DNA of 64,000 nt from positions 32,001 through 96,000 of IMG/VR virus record IMGVR_UViG_3300012952_003952, one strand, 5' to 3'. The DNA is from a virus (taxonomy: Duplodnaviria; Caudoviricetes). The notes beneath the pieces are model-generated. The model was not told the DNA's origin. It did not search any database and saw only the letters and a program-made list of their open reading frames with translations. The translations under genes were made by a program, and so were the position numbers. This document shows positions 46,368-55,141 of the stretch, piece after piece; positions within the stretch are counted from its first letter, which is position 1; each line of letters begins with the position of its first letter.

Positions 46368-47521
46368 AAAAACGCGTATTGTTTAGAGGGCCGTTGCTTA
46401 CACTTTCTGGATATGGAGTTCATAGCAGGCAAGTATTTCAATGGCTAGACTCTAGAGAAGATTTTGAAGTGAAGAGCCAAGTTCTCCCATGGGGAATTAC
46501 TCCTTGGATTCTTGACGGGAATAGGCAAAACGGCCTAATTGGAAAAATATTCGAATCTACTAACTTAGATAATTTATCTGGTTTCGACTACTCTTTTCAA
46601 GTGCAGCTTCCAAACGAGTGGGATCCTTCGCTAGCTAATTTTAATGTTGGAATAACTGCCGCAGTAGAAACAGATAGATGCAGCCCGCAGTGGATAGAAG
46701 CGTGTAATAAAATGGACCACATTGTAGTTCCTTCTGAACACACTAAAAAAGTTTTAGAAAACTCAGGCCCACTCTCGGTGCCAGTTACAGTAGTACCAGA
46801 GAGCTATCCGGACGGCTTAATTCCATCTGGAGAATCTTTAGGTCTCGATACTGATTTTAATTTTTTAATGTTTGGTCAGATTACTGGAAACAATCCTTGG
46901 AACGATAGAAAAAACACTTACTTTTGTCTTAAGTGGCTTTGCGAAATTTTTAAAGATGATCCTGACGTTGGGATAGTAATTAAGACAAATCACGGAAAAA
47001 ATACTAAAGTAGACAGAAAATTAACTCAGTCGATGTTAAAAAATCTCTTAAGCGAATGCAGGACAGGAGAGTATCCAAAAGTTTATTTGTTACACGGAGA
47101 ATTAACAGAAGAAGAAATAGCAGATGTTTATTCAGATGAATCTATAAAAGCTTTAGTGGCGCCTTCAAGAGGCGAAGGTTATGGTTTACCACTTTTAGAA
47201 GCAGCTGCATGTTCTCTGCCGGTAATAGCAACAAACTGGTCCGGACATCTAGACTTCTTAAATAAAGGAAAGTTTATAAAATTAAACTATGAACTAAAAC
47301 CAATCCATGAAAGTAGAGTAGATAACGCAATATTTTTAAACGGTTTTCGGTGGGCTGAAGTTTCAGAAGAAGATTTTAAAAAGAAGGTTTCTAAGTTTAG
47401 AAAAGCAAGCTCAATTCCTAAAGAATGGGCGAAAGATTTATCTTCTACTATCCGAGAAGAATATTCGCAAGATGCTATTTCTGAAAGATATAATTTGTTA
47501 TTGAGAGAATTAAATAAGTGA
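46364..47521 (+). CDS. Glycosyltransferase family 4
   Basis: GP....SGYGVHSR, RKN, GEGYGLPLLEAAACSLPVIAT.WSGH.DF. Confidence 0.9.
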   Translation: MKKRVLFRGPLLTLSGYGVHSRQVFQWLDSREDFEVKSQVLPWGITPWILDGNRQNGLIGKIFESTNLDNLSGFDYSFQVQLPNEWDPSLANFNVGITAAVETDRCSPQWIEACNKMDHIVVPSEHTKKVLENSGPLSVPVTVVPESYPDGLIPSGESLGLDTDFNFLMFGQITGNNPWNDRKNTYFCLKWLCEIFKDDPDVGIVIKTNHGKNTKVDRKLTQSMLKNLLSECRTGEYPKVYLLHGELTEEEIADVYSDESIKALVAPSRGEGYGLPLLEAAACSLPVIATNWSGHLDFLNKGKFIKLNYELKPIHESRVDNAIFLNGFRWAEVSEEDFKKKVSKFRKASSIPKEWAKDLSSTIREEYSQDAISERYNLLLRELNK

Positions 47522-47820
47522 CTACTTTAACGACAGTGCTAATAATTGCAGCGTCAATAATGGCTCCTGTACTAGTGGTGTCGCTATATTACAATTTTAA
47601 ATTTGGAGTATTGATTTTAAAATATGTAGATCAACTAGAAGAAACACTTGACGTGTTTGATGAAAATTATTCTCGTATTTCAGAAGTTACAGAAATGCCA
47701 GTATTTTATGACAGTCCACAAATTAGGGCCGTTATACAAGATATTGGAAACTGTCGCGACAGTATTTTAAAAGCAGCTAATATTTTGGGTAAAGTTGAAG
47801 AAGAAGAAGAAGAAGTTTGA
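47518..47820 (+). CDS. Small membrane-anchored coiled-coil protein
   Basis: N-terminal hydrophobic helix, helical body and acidic tail. Confidence 0.6.
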   Translation: MTTLTTVLIIAASIMAPVLVVSLYYNFKFGVLILKYVDQLEETLDVFDENYSRISEVTEMPVFYDSPQIRAVIQDIGNCRDSILKAANILGKVEEEEEEV

Positions 47821-47830
47821 TGGAGTTTCT

Positions 47831-48568
47831 GTGGAAAAGAAAAAAAGAAAAAAGAGAGTAATAAGAAGAAGAAAAAAAGGTTCAACAACGAAGCTTTATT
47901 TTGACGAAAACACTCAGAAAGCAATTTGCGAATTTCAGCAAACGGAATCTGCAGATGATCGTGGGGAAATATACAAAGATAGAATTTCACCAGCTTTTAA
48001 TAAATTGGCTGAAAATTTAATTTTAATTTATGGATTTGCTAAAAAGGGAGAGAACTTCGGAGTTTTAAAAAATGATTGTGTTACCTTCATGTATGAAACT
48101 TTATACAAGTTTGATAATTCTAGAGGAACAAAAGCATTTTCTTATTTTAATGTTGTCGCAAAAAATTGGCTTATATTAAACTCAAGAAGAAGAAAGAAGA
48201 TTACCGGTTCACACGTCAGTATGGAAGATGCTTCTAGCTTAAGTGCTAACGACAAAATAGCTATAGCAAGCTCTCAAATAGCGCCTAGTCCAGACGACTT
48301 AATGATAGATGAAGAATTTAAAGCAGAAATAATGATTATTCTTCGGCAAATACAAGATAAAGTAGATGGAAAAAATGAAGTAGCTTGTATAAACGCTATT
48401 ATAAAAATATTCGAAATGGTAGACCAGCTAGATTTCTTAAACAAGAGGGCTATCTTTGTTTATGTAAGAGATATTTCTGGACTGAATTCAAAACAGTTAT
48501 CTGCTTCAATGTCGTCTATTAGAAAGCTTTATAGAGAGCTAAAAGCAGAAGATCCATTTTTTATGTAG
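47831..48568 (+). CDS. Phage RNA-polymerase sigma factor, T4 gp55-like (late)
   Basis: LYF......AI..., KLAENLI, ..LYKFD..RG.KAFSYF.VVAKN.LI resembles the gp55 KF...NPFAYFT region. GTG 47831 follows SD GGAG (ORF track 47795). Confidence 0.7.
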   Translation: MEKKKRKKRVIRRRKKGSTTKLYFDENTQKAICEFQQTESADDRGEIYKDRISPAFNKLAENLILIYGFAKKGENFGVLKNDCVTFMYETLYKFDNSRGTKAFSYFNVVAKNWLILNSRRRKKITGSHVSMEDASSLSANDKIAIASSQIAPSPDDLMIDEEFKAEIMIILRQIQDKVDGKNEVACINAIIKIFEMVDQLDFLNKRAIFVYVRDISGLNSKQLSASMSSIRKLYRELKAEDPFFM

Positions 48569-48576
48569 GAAAAAAC

Positions 48577-48939
48577 ATGAACCCTCAAGAAGACGTTCTT
48601 AAGAGAATAAAAGAAAAAGAAAATAAGATAAAGCAGTTTGGAGATTTGCTTGATTCTCTTACTAGCACCGAAGATAAAAAGAAGATGCTCTGGAAAGAGA
48701 TCTACGAAAACGCAGTTACAGATAGGGAAAATGCATATATACTTTTTCATGAAGTATATTCTCTGATGTCTCAAACACCGTCAGAGCATATCTCTGTGGG
48801 CCCTATCATGAACAAATATTTAGAAAGAATGAATAAAGCTAATGACCAACTTCTTAAATTAGCTGAGCTTATTTCTAAAGCTGAAGAGCAAAGTTCTAAA
48901 ATAGATCCAGAAGACATATTTTCAAAAATAAGCGATTAG
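48577..48939 (+). CDS. Hypothetical helical protein
   Basis: 120 aa, predicted all-helical; lies between the sigma and baseplate genes. Confidence 0.65.
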   Translation: MNPQEDVLKRIKEKENKIKQFGDLLDSLTSTEDKKKMLWKEIYENAVTDRENAYILFHEVYSLMSQTPSEHISVGPIMNKYLERMNKANDQLLKLAELISKAEEQSSKIDPEDIFSKISD

Positions 48940-48948
48940 GAGAAAGAA

Positions 48949-50640
48949 ATGGGAGACTCAAGAGTCAGAATGCTCGGCCGAAATTCGGTCCAAGGGCAAA
49001 TGGAAGGTTCTGCACCTCCAGCATCTAGAGTCCTTTATAGAGGGGTAGTAGTTGATTGTATTCAAGATCCTCTATCTTACGACGAATTTAGAAGAGGGAT
49101 GGATGAAGTTATCGTTGCAAACCCTCAATTTATATCGACAGCGCCTAGAAACAGCATTATAGTGCAACCTATATCTGATGGAATGTCTAAATCTACTGGA
49201 AATCTTTTAGCTTATCCATTTTTTCCTCCTCACATTTGCATGCCTGTTAAACCAGGAGAACAAGTTTGGTTGATGGGTGAAAAAGCTGGTGATTTGGGTA
49301 GTTTGCCATATTGGATTGCAAGGTGCCCTGAGCCACTACAGGTTGATGATGTAAATTATACGCATGGAGATCGAAAGCTCGCCATGAACACCGCTTTGTC
49401 TACTAGCGAAGAATTAGCAGCAGTACAAGGTACAGCACCAATTAAGCTACCAGGCTTTAATAATGGAGATGGTACGCCCAACGGTTCTACTATACCAGAC
49501 ATAGCCGCAACTTTAGCTATAGACCCCGAAGATGGCTATGACTTCATTATGCGTACCTCGTTTTGGAATGAGTATCTCTCTCAAGAGCCCGTACCTAGAT
49601 TTAGTAAAAGACCACAAGATTTAGTACTTCAAGGTTCTAACAATACAGCAATTATCTTAGGAGAAGATCGAGGTTGGGGATTTGCTAATGATGCTCGCCC
49701 AGATAATGCTGAATTAAGAACTGCGCCAGTAGGTCTAGGCGGAGTAGTTCCGTCTGAAGAAGCTGGAAGCATGGCCCCATTTAATGGAACAATAGACATC
49801 GTCGCAGGAAGAGGGAGATTTTTACCGGCTAATCCTACCTTGACTGGTTCTATTGGAGACTCTCCAGATAAAACTTCTACAGCGCCTAGAACAATAGAAA
49901 ACCAGAGAGGGTTTCAAGAAGCAGACAAAGATCCAGTTTCCAATAATTTAAATCCGCAAGAGGCTGCAGATGAAGGAGATCCAGATTTCAAAGACGACTC
50001 TTCTAGAGTTTATGTCAGCATGCATACTGCAGGAGATAAAAATTTTGGAATTGATACAAAAGGAGGAAACTTAGCTTCGCCGTTTGAGGGGGAGTTTTCC
50101 GATATAGAAGAAGAGCCTTTTGTTATAATGTGCTCAGATAATGTTCGTATTGTAGCTAGAAAAAATGCAGACCATGACATTAACGGCAGTATTAGAATAG
50201 TAAAACAAGGAGCTTTAAACGACGATCATGCATGTATTGTTTTACAGCCAGATGGTACAATACAAATTAGCGGAAACAAGATATACATGGGCAGAGTAAA
50301 AGATAATGAAGATCGCCCAGGCGGCGAAGGTGCACTTCCAAGAGCGTTAGACGGCGGTCTTGGCTCGGGCCCAGATGGGTCTCAAACAGGAACCGGAAGG
50401 CTGGCAGCAACTAGCAGACTAGCAAACCCCATGGTTAGATATTACCAATTAGAGCACATGATTCATTTACTATGCGATGGAATACTCAGTTTTTCTGCAA
50501 TAGTGAAAACTCATTCTACTCCGGGCTTCGGTGCACCGTCACCTCAGTTGAATGCCGCCGCGGACGCGTTAGCAGGTACAGCTACCCAAGCTAAAGCTCT
50601 AGTGACCACGTTGGCTTCAGAAAGAATATTTGGCGAATAA
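48949..50640 (+). CDS. Baseplate hub/spike protein (gp5/VgrG-like)
   Basis: N-terminal OB-like PFFPP....PVKPGEQVWL, D.VLQGSNNTAIILG, C-terminal beta-repeat (IVLQPDGTIQISGNKIYMG); upstream of the gp25/gp6 genes. Confidence 0.65.
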   Translation: MGDSRVRMLGRNSVQGQMEGSAPPASRVLYRGVVVDCIQDPLSYDEFRRGMDEVIVANPQFISTAPRNSIIVQPISDGMSKSTGNLLAYPFFPPHICMPVKPGEQVWLMGEKAGDLGSLPYWIARCPEPLQVDDVNYTHGDRKLAMNTALSTSEELAAVQGTAPIKLPGFNNGDGTPNGSTIPDIAATLAIDPEDGYDFIMRTSFWNEYLSQEPVPRFSKRPQDLVLQGSNNTAIILGEDRGWGFANDARPDNAELRTAPVGLGGVVPSEEAGSMAPFNGTIDIVAGRGRFLPANPTLTGSIGDSPDKTSTAPRTIENQRGFQEADKDPVSNNLNPQEAADEGDPDFKDDSSRVYVSMHTAGDKNFGIDTKGGNLASPFEGEFSDIEEEPFVIMCSDNVRIVARKNADHDINGSIRIVKQGALNDDHACIVLQPDGTIQISGNKIYMGRVKDNEDRPGGEGALPRALDGGLGSGPDGSQTGTGRLAATSRLANPMVRYYQLEHMIHLLCDGILSFSAIVKTHSTPGFGAPSPQLNAAADALAGTATQAKALVTTLASERIFGE

Positions 50641-50662
50641 TTAATATAAAAGGAAGTGAAAA

Positions 50663-51196
50663 ATGGGAGAAACGTTAAATAAATTTATGGCGGCTGGCGA
50701 TGCTCTACACCAGGGTTCAAAAACACTCGTAGCCGGCGCCGGCGCGCTCGGAATGGGAGGAGCAGGAGCAATCGCAGAATGGGCTGGTGCTCCAGGCGCA
50801 ATAGAGGGTTTTACTGAAGACGCTCTATCGCGCGCTGATGAGGTCTCTTCTGCTCAACTTGCCGGGATGTTGGGCGAGGGCAATGAAGTTCCATCTGTTG
50901 CTCCTGGAGGACAGGTTGGCGCTAAAGTCCAGGGTGAATTTTGGGCCATCGACATGCCGAAGGAAGTAAAGCGCGTCATAACTGATGGTTCGAAGCCCAA
51001 TGGTGAAGGAGGCCCAAATTTAACTGCGTATACGCAGTTTATAATTTCAAATGTTTTGAAATGTATAACAAACAGTATGCTAACTGGCCCGGTATCATTT
51101 GCAGGAATGGGATTTTCGGTTGGTTCTCCAATGATGCATATTGTTATTATTCCGTTTGGAGATGCCCAGTTAAATCCGATGAATATCATTATTTAA
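50663..51196 (+). CDS. Hypothetical G/A-rich structural protein
   Basis: 177 aa with an SD, inside the baseplate cluster. Confidence 0.5.
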   Translation: MGETLNKFMAAGDALHQGSKTLVAGAGALGMGGAGAIAEWAGAPGAIEGFTEDALSRADEVSSAQLAGMLGEGNEVPSVAPGGQVGAKVQGEFWAIDMPKEVKRVITDGSKPNGEGGPNLTAYTQFIISNVLKCITNSMLTGPVSFAGMGFSVGSPMMHIVIIPFGDAQLNPMNIII

Positions 51197-51262
51197 ATTA
51201 TGCGCCTTTAAAACTACAGAGGGGAATAATTAATACAGAAGTAAAAAATAGAGGTGTTTTAT

Positions 51263-51748
51263 ATGTCTAACGCAAGGACCTATAGTTTTAAAGCAGTCGG
51301 AGAGACTCTAGAGGAATATGGTCAAACTAGAAGAACTGATGTGACTTCGAAGCCTCCCCTGGGAATAAAAACACCACTCCAGCTGGACTATGACTTTGGC
51401 CAGCTTTTTGAAATGCACTACAACGTTGGCGACATGATAAAAGATAATCTTAGAAATCTTATCTTGACAAATCATGGAGAAAGAGTGAACATGTATGATT
51501 TTGGAGCTAACTTGCAAGAATTGGTTATGGAACTTGGTAGTGAGTCAGCTGACAAAGAAGCTATGTCTAGAATTCTTAAAGCGGCAAATAAATACATGCC
51601 GTTTATACAGTTAACTGATTTTAATGCATTTTCTGAACCTCGTCAGGGCGGCGGCCCAGCTGTAAAAGGTATAAGAATAACATATTCTGTTCCAGTTGCC
51701 AAGATGGGCACACAGGCGATGGAAGTAATCCTGTATATGGGTGGATAA
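51263..51748 (+). CDS. Baseplate wedge subunit, gp25/GPW-like
   Basis: IKDNLRNLILTNHGER...DFGANL..L..E...I...KYMPFI matches the gp25 consensus. The ORF track starts at 51254. Confidence 0.88.
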   Translation: MSNARTYSFKAVGETLEEYGQTRRTDVTSKPPLGIKTPLQLDYDFGQLFEMHYNVGDMIKDNLRNLILTNHGERVNMYDFGANLQELVMELGSESADKEAMSRILKAANKYMPFIQLTDFNAFSEPRQGGGPAVKGIRITYSVPVAKMGTQAMEVILYMGG

Positions 51749-51750
51749 AA

Positions 51751-53598
51751 ATGGCAGTAGACTCTTCAAAACTAATAGCAAAACAAGCTCAAAAATCTTA
51801 TCTAGCAAAAGACTTTGTTAATTTCCGAGCTGAATTAATTCAGTACGCGAAAACTTTCTTTCCTGACAAGATTCAAGATTTTTCTGAAGCTAGCTTAGGC
51901 GGGCTTTTAATGGAAATGGCAGCCTATGTTGGCGACACGATGTCGTTTTACTTAGATTACCAGTTTAATGAGCTTAATCCAATTACTGCTATTGAACCCT
52001 CTAATATAGTTTCTCATGCTAAAAATGCCGGTGTCCCAGTCACAGGCGCAGCACCATCAGTAGTCTTGTTAACAGTTTATATTGCAGTTCCAGCAACTCT
52101 TAAAGACAATGGAGACTATGTCCCGCAGAGCAATGCTCTTCCAATAATAAAAAAGGACACTCAAACAAAATCTAATACTGGAATTGTTTTTACTTTAGTA
52201 GAAGATTGTAACTTCGGAGAAGTTGATGATTATGGTAATCTAAAATGCACATATATTACTTCAGAAGTAGATGATGCCAATAATCCGATCACGTTTATTC
52301 TTACTAAAGAAGTGACTTGTATCTCTGGAAAAATTATAGTAGAAACATTCTCTATTCCCAACGTTTTAAAACCTTTTAGAAAACTTACGCTAAGCAATCA
52401 AGACGTAAGCAAAATAATTAGAGTAAAAGATACAGACAAACACATTTATTACGAAGTTGAATCTTTAGCTGAGGATAATATCTTTAGAGCAGTAAAAAAT
52501 TTAGATGATGAAAAAGAGTTAGTTACATCTAATTTAGAAGTAGTTCCAGCTCCATACCGATATACTAGAGCAACAGATTTTAGAACTCGATTAACTAGTA
52601 TCCAATTTGGTGGTGGTGATGCCGAAGCTCCAGATGACGATATTATTCCAGATCTTTCTGTTTTGGCATTACCTCTTTATGGAACCAAAACAATGCCTCG
52701 GTTTTCTATTGACCCCAACGCTTTATTAAGAACTTCTACTTTGGGAATAGCGCCAATTAACACCACTATAGAAGTTACGTATCGTTATGGAGGTGGAAAG
52801 ACACACAACGTACCTCCAGAAACAATTAGAACTATAAATTCTTTAAACATTATGTTTCCAGAAAATCCACCAAAATCTATTCAAGACAGTGTTATACAAT
52901 CGCTTGACGTTTCTAATACGGATTCTGCAGCTGGAGGAGCCGCACCACTAACCATAGAAAATCTTAAAGCCTTAATCCAGTCTTCAAGAAACCAGCAAGC
53001 TAGAATTGTAACTCAACAAGATCTTTTAGCTAGAATATATACACTTCCAACTGAGTTTGGAAGAGTGTATCGTGCGGGAATTCATCATAATCCGGATAAT
53101 CCACTTTCTTCTAATTTATACGTTATTTCTAGAGATATATCTGGAAATCTAGCTATCAGTCCAGACGCTTTAAAGATAAATATTTCTACTTATCTTAATG
53201 AATTTAGGCTCGTATCAGACGCAGTAGATATTTTAGACGCAACTGTAATAAATTATGGAGTTAACTTTTCTATAGTTTGTTCTCCAGATGCTAACAAAAG
53301 TACAGTGGTTCAAAATGTTATAAATGCGATCAAGGAAGTTTCAGAGATGAAATATTTTCAAATTGACCAACCAATTGTTGAAAGCGATGTAATAAATGCT
53401 GTTATAAATACAGAAGGTGTTTTATCTTTGGTAGAGCTTCAATTTAAAAATTACTCCGGCCAAGTCGGCCTAAACAAATTTAGCGATTATGATTTCGATT
53501 TAGAAGCAAACAAACATAAAGGCTTAATAGTTGGCCCAGAAGGAGCTATTTTCGAAATGAAATATCCAGATTCTGTAATATTAGGAACAGCTCAGTAG
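51751..53598 (+). CDS. Baseplate wedge protein, T4 gp6/P2 J-like
   Basis: KDFVNFRAELIQY...DFSEAS.G.LL.EMAAYVGD..SFYLD.Q.NE, YRYGGG...NV, Q.RIVT..D...R. Confidence 0.88.
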   Translation: MAVDSSKLIAKQAQKSYLAKDFVNFRAELIQYAKTFFPDKIQDFSEASLGGLLMEMAAYVGDTMSFYLDYQFNELNPITAIEPSNIVSHAKNAGVPVTGAAPSVVLLTVYIAVPATLKDNGDYVPQSNALPIIKKDTQTKSNTGIVFTLVEDCNFGEVDDYGNLKCTYITSEVDDANNPITFILTKEVTCISGKIIVETFSIPNVLKPFRKLTLSNQDVSKIIRVKDTDKHIYYEVESLAEDNIFRAVKNLDDEKELVTSNLEVVPAPYRYTRATDFRTRLTSIQFGGGDAEAPDDDIIPDLSVLALPLYGTKTMPRFSIDPNALLRTSTLGIAPINTTIEVTYRYGGGKTHNVPPETIRTINSLNIMFPENPPKSIQDSVIQSLDVSNTDSAAGGAAPLTIENLKALIQSSRNQQARIVTQQDLLARIYTLPTEFGRVYRAGIHHNPDNPLSSNLYVISRDISGNLAISPDALKINISTYLNEFRLVSDAVDILDATVINYGVNFSIVCSPDANKSTVVQNVINAIKEVSEMKYFQIDQPIVESDVINAVINTEGVLSLVELQFKNYSGQVGLNKFSDYDFDLEANKHKGLIVGPEGAIFEMKYPDSVILGTAQ

Positions 53599-53605
53599 GG
53601 TAAAA

Positions 53606-55141
53606 ATGTATTTAATTTTAACAGCTAGCAAAAGCACTTACATCACTAATAAGATCATTGACAACAAATTTAGAGCTACAGATGCGAATGTGGGAAAAGC
53701 TGGAACATTAGATCTTTTTAAACTTTACAATGAATCTACACTTACTGGATCAACAGATCCAATTGAGCTATCTAGAATTCTTTTAAAGTTCAATCTAGAT
53801 TCTCTTCAAAATTTAACTGCATCTAATATAGACATAGGCTCTAGCACTTTTAGAGCAAGATTAAAACTTTTCGATGTCTACGCAGGTCAAGGTGTTCCTA
53901 AAAATTTTAAAGCAGTAGTGTACCCGCTTTCAAGATCTTTCGATGAGGGTGTAGGTAGAGACGTATCAGCTTTTCAAGATATAGATGTTGCTAATTTTAT
54001 TACTTCTTCTTACTCAAACTCTACAGCAAATGCTTGGTTTGTTTCAGGAGCAAATCGAGGTGGTCTATTAAATTCGAATGACATAGACTATATTTCTTCT
54101 GGAAGCTTAGGCTCAGGCGTAGTAGATTTTGGAAAAGTTCAGCTTTTTAAAGAGGGAAATGAAGATTTAGATATTGATATAACAAGTATTATTTCTGGAA
54201 CTTTGGCAGGAAGTATTCCGAATCGAGGATTGCGTATATCTTTTAGTGGATCTCAAGAAACAGATACAAAGACGAGATTTGTCAAGCGGTTTGGCTCGAG
54301 GCATGTCTCCGATCCATTTAAAGCCCCACAGCTTCATATTAGCTATGACGATAGTATAATAGATCACCACGAAGATTTTATTTTTGACGTGAGTGGATCT
54401 CTATTTTTAAACAATTTCCATCGTGGAACTCCAGCAAACATTTTATCTGGTGCTGCAGCTTCAGAGTTATCTGGAAACAATTGCATTATGCTAAGATTAG
54501 AAAAGCAAGACTTGTCTCTTTATTTTACTGGATCTCAGCACACTGAAGGAACGGACTCTACCGGCGCAAAAGGCTTATATTCGGCTTCTTTTGCGGTTTC
54601 TTTAAACAATACTTCTAAAGTTAATAAAACTCAAAAACTTTTAGATTTAGCATATAAGAGCGGCTCAGTAACCTTTGATGAGTATTGGACGTCAGTAGAT
54701 GGTAACGTTGGCTACCATACAGGAAGCGTAGAAATAAAGCTTCCGTATAGGACTTCGTACAATTATTCACCTGCCGATCTGTATTTTCACTTTATGAATA
54801 TGGAGCCAAAGTACGACAAATTAGATGTTACTCGAATCAACGTTTTTGTTAGGAATTTTGAAACTAAAGATAAAGCTAGCAAACTTCCATATGAAAGAAA
54901 AAGTATAATTTTATCGAAAGTTTATTACAGAATAAGAAATTTAGACACTGGAACTATAGTTGTTCCTTTTGAATCGGCAACTGGAGGAACAAAGCTTTCG
55001 GCAAATAGTTCGGGATTAAGCTTTGAACTACGTTGTGAGTCACTTCCTCCCGGTCATATTTATACTATAGATTTATTAGTAAAAGATTTTGACCAACACA
55101 GAATATACGAATCTGCAAGTCCAAAATTTAAGGTTAGCTAA
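53606..55141 (+). CDS. Structural protein with a DNRLRE/CBM-like N-terminal domain
   Basis: ASKSTYI...SRILLKF.L...ARLKL...YPLS..FDEG.G...NRGLRI..P.L.ISYDD pattern. Confidence 0.55.
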   Translation: MYLILTASKSTYITNKIIDNKFRATDANVGKAGTLDLFKLYNESTLTGSTDPIELSRILLKFNLDSLQNLTASNIDIGSSTFRARLKLFDVYAGQGVPKNFKAVVYPLSRSFDEGVGRDVSAFQDIDVANFITSSYSNSTANAWFVSGANRGGLLNSNDIDYISSGSLGSGVVDFGKVQLFKEGNEDLDIDITSIISGTLAGSIPNRGLRISFSGSQETDTKTRFVKRFGSRHVSDPFKAPQLHISYDDSIIDHHEDFIFDVSGSLFLNNFHRGTPANILSGAAASELSGNNCIMLRLEKQDLSLYFTGSQHTEGTDSTGAKGLYSASFAVSLNNTSKVNKTQKLLDLAYKSGSVTFDEYWTSVDGNVGYHTGSVEIKLPYRTSYNYSPADLYFHFMNMEPKYDKLDVTRINVFVRNFETKDKASKLPYERKSIILSKVYYRIRNLDTGTIVVPFESATGGTKLSANSSGLSFELRCESLPPGHIYTIDLLVKDFDQHRIYESASPKFKVS

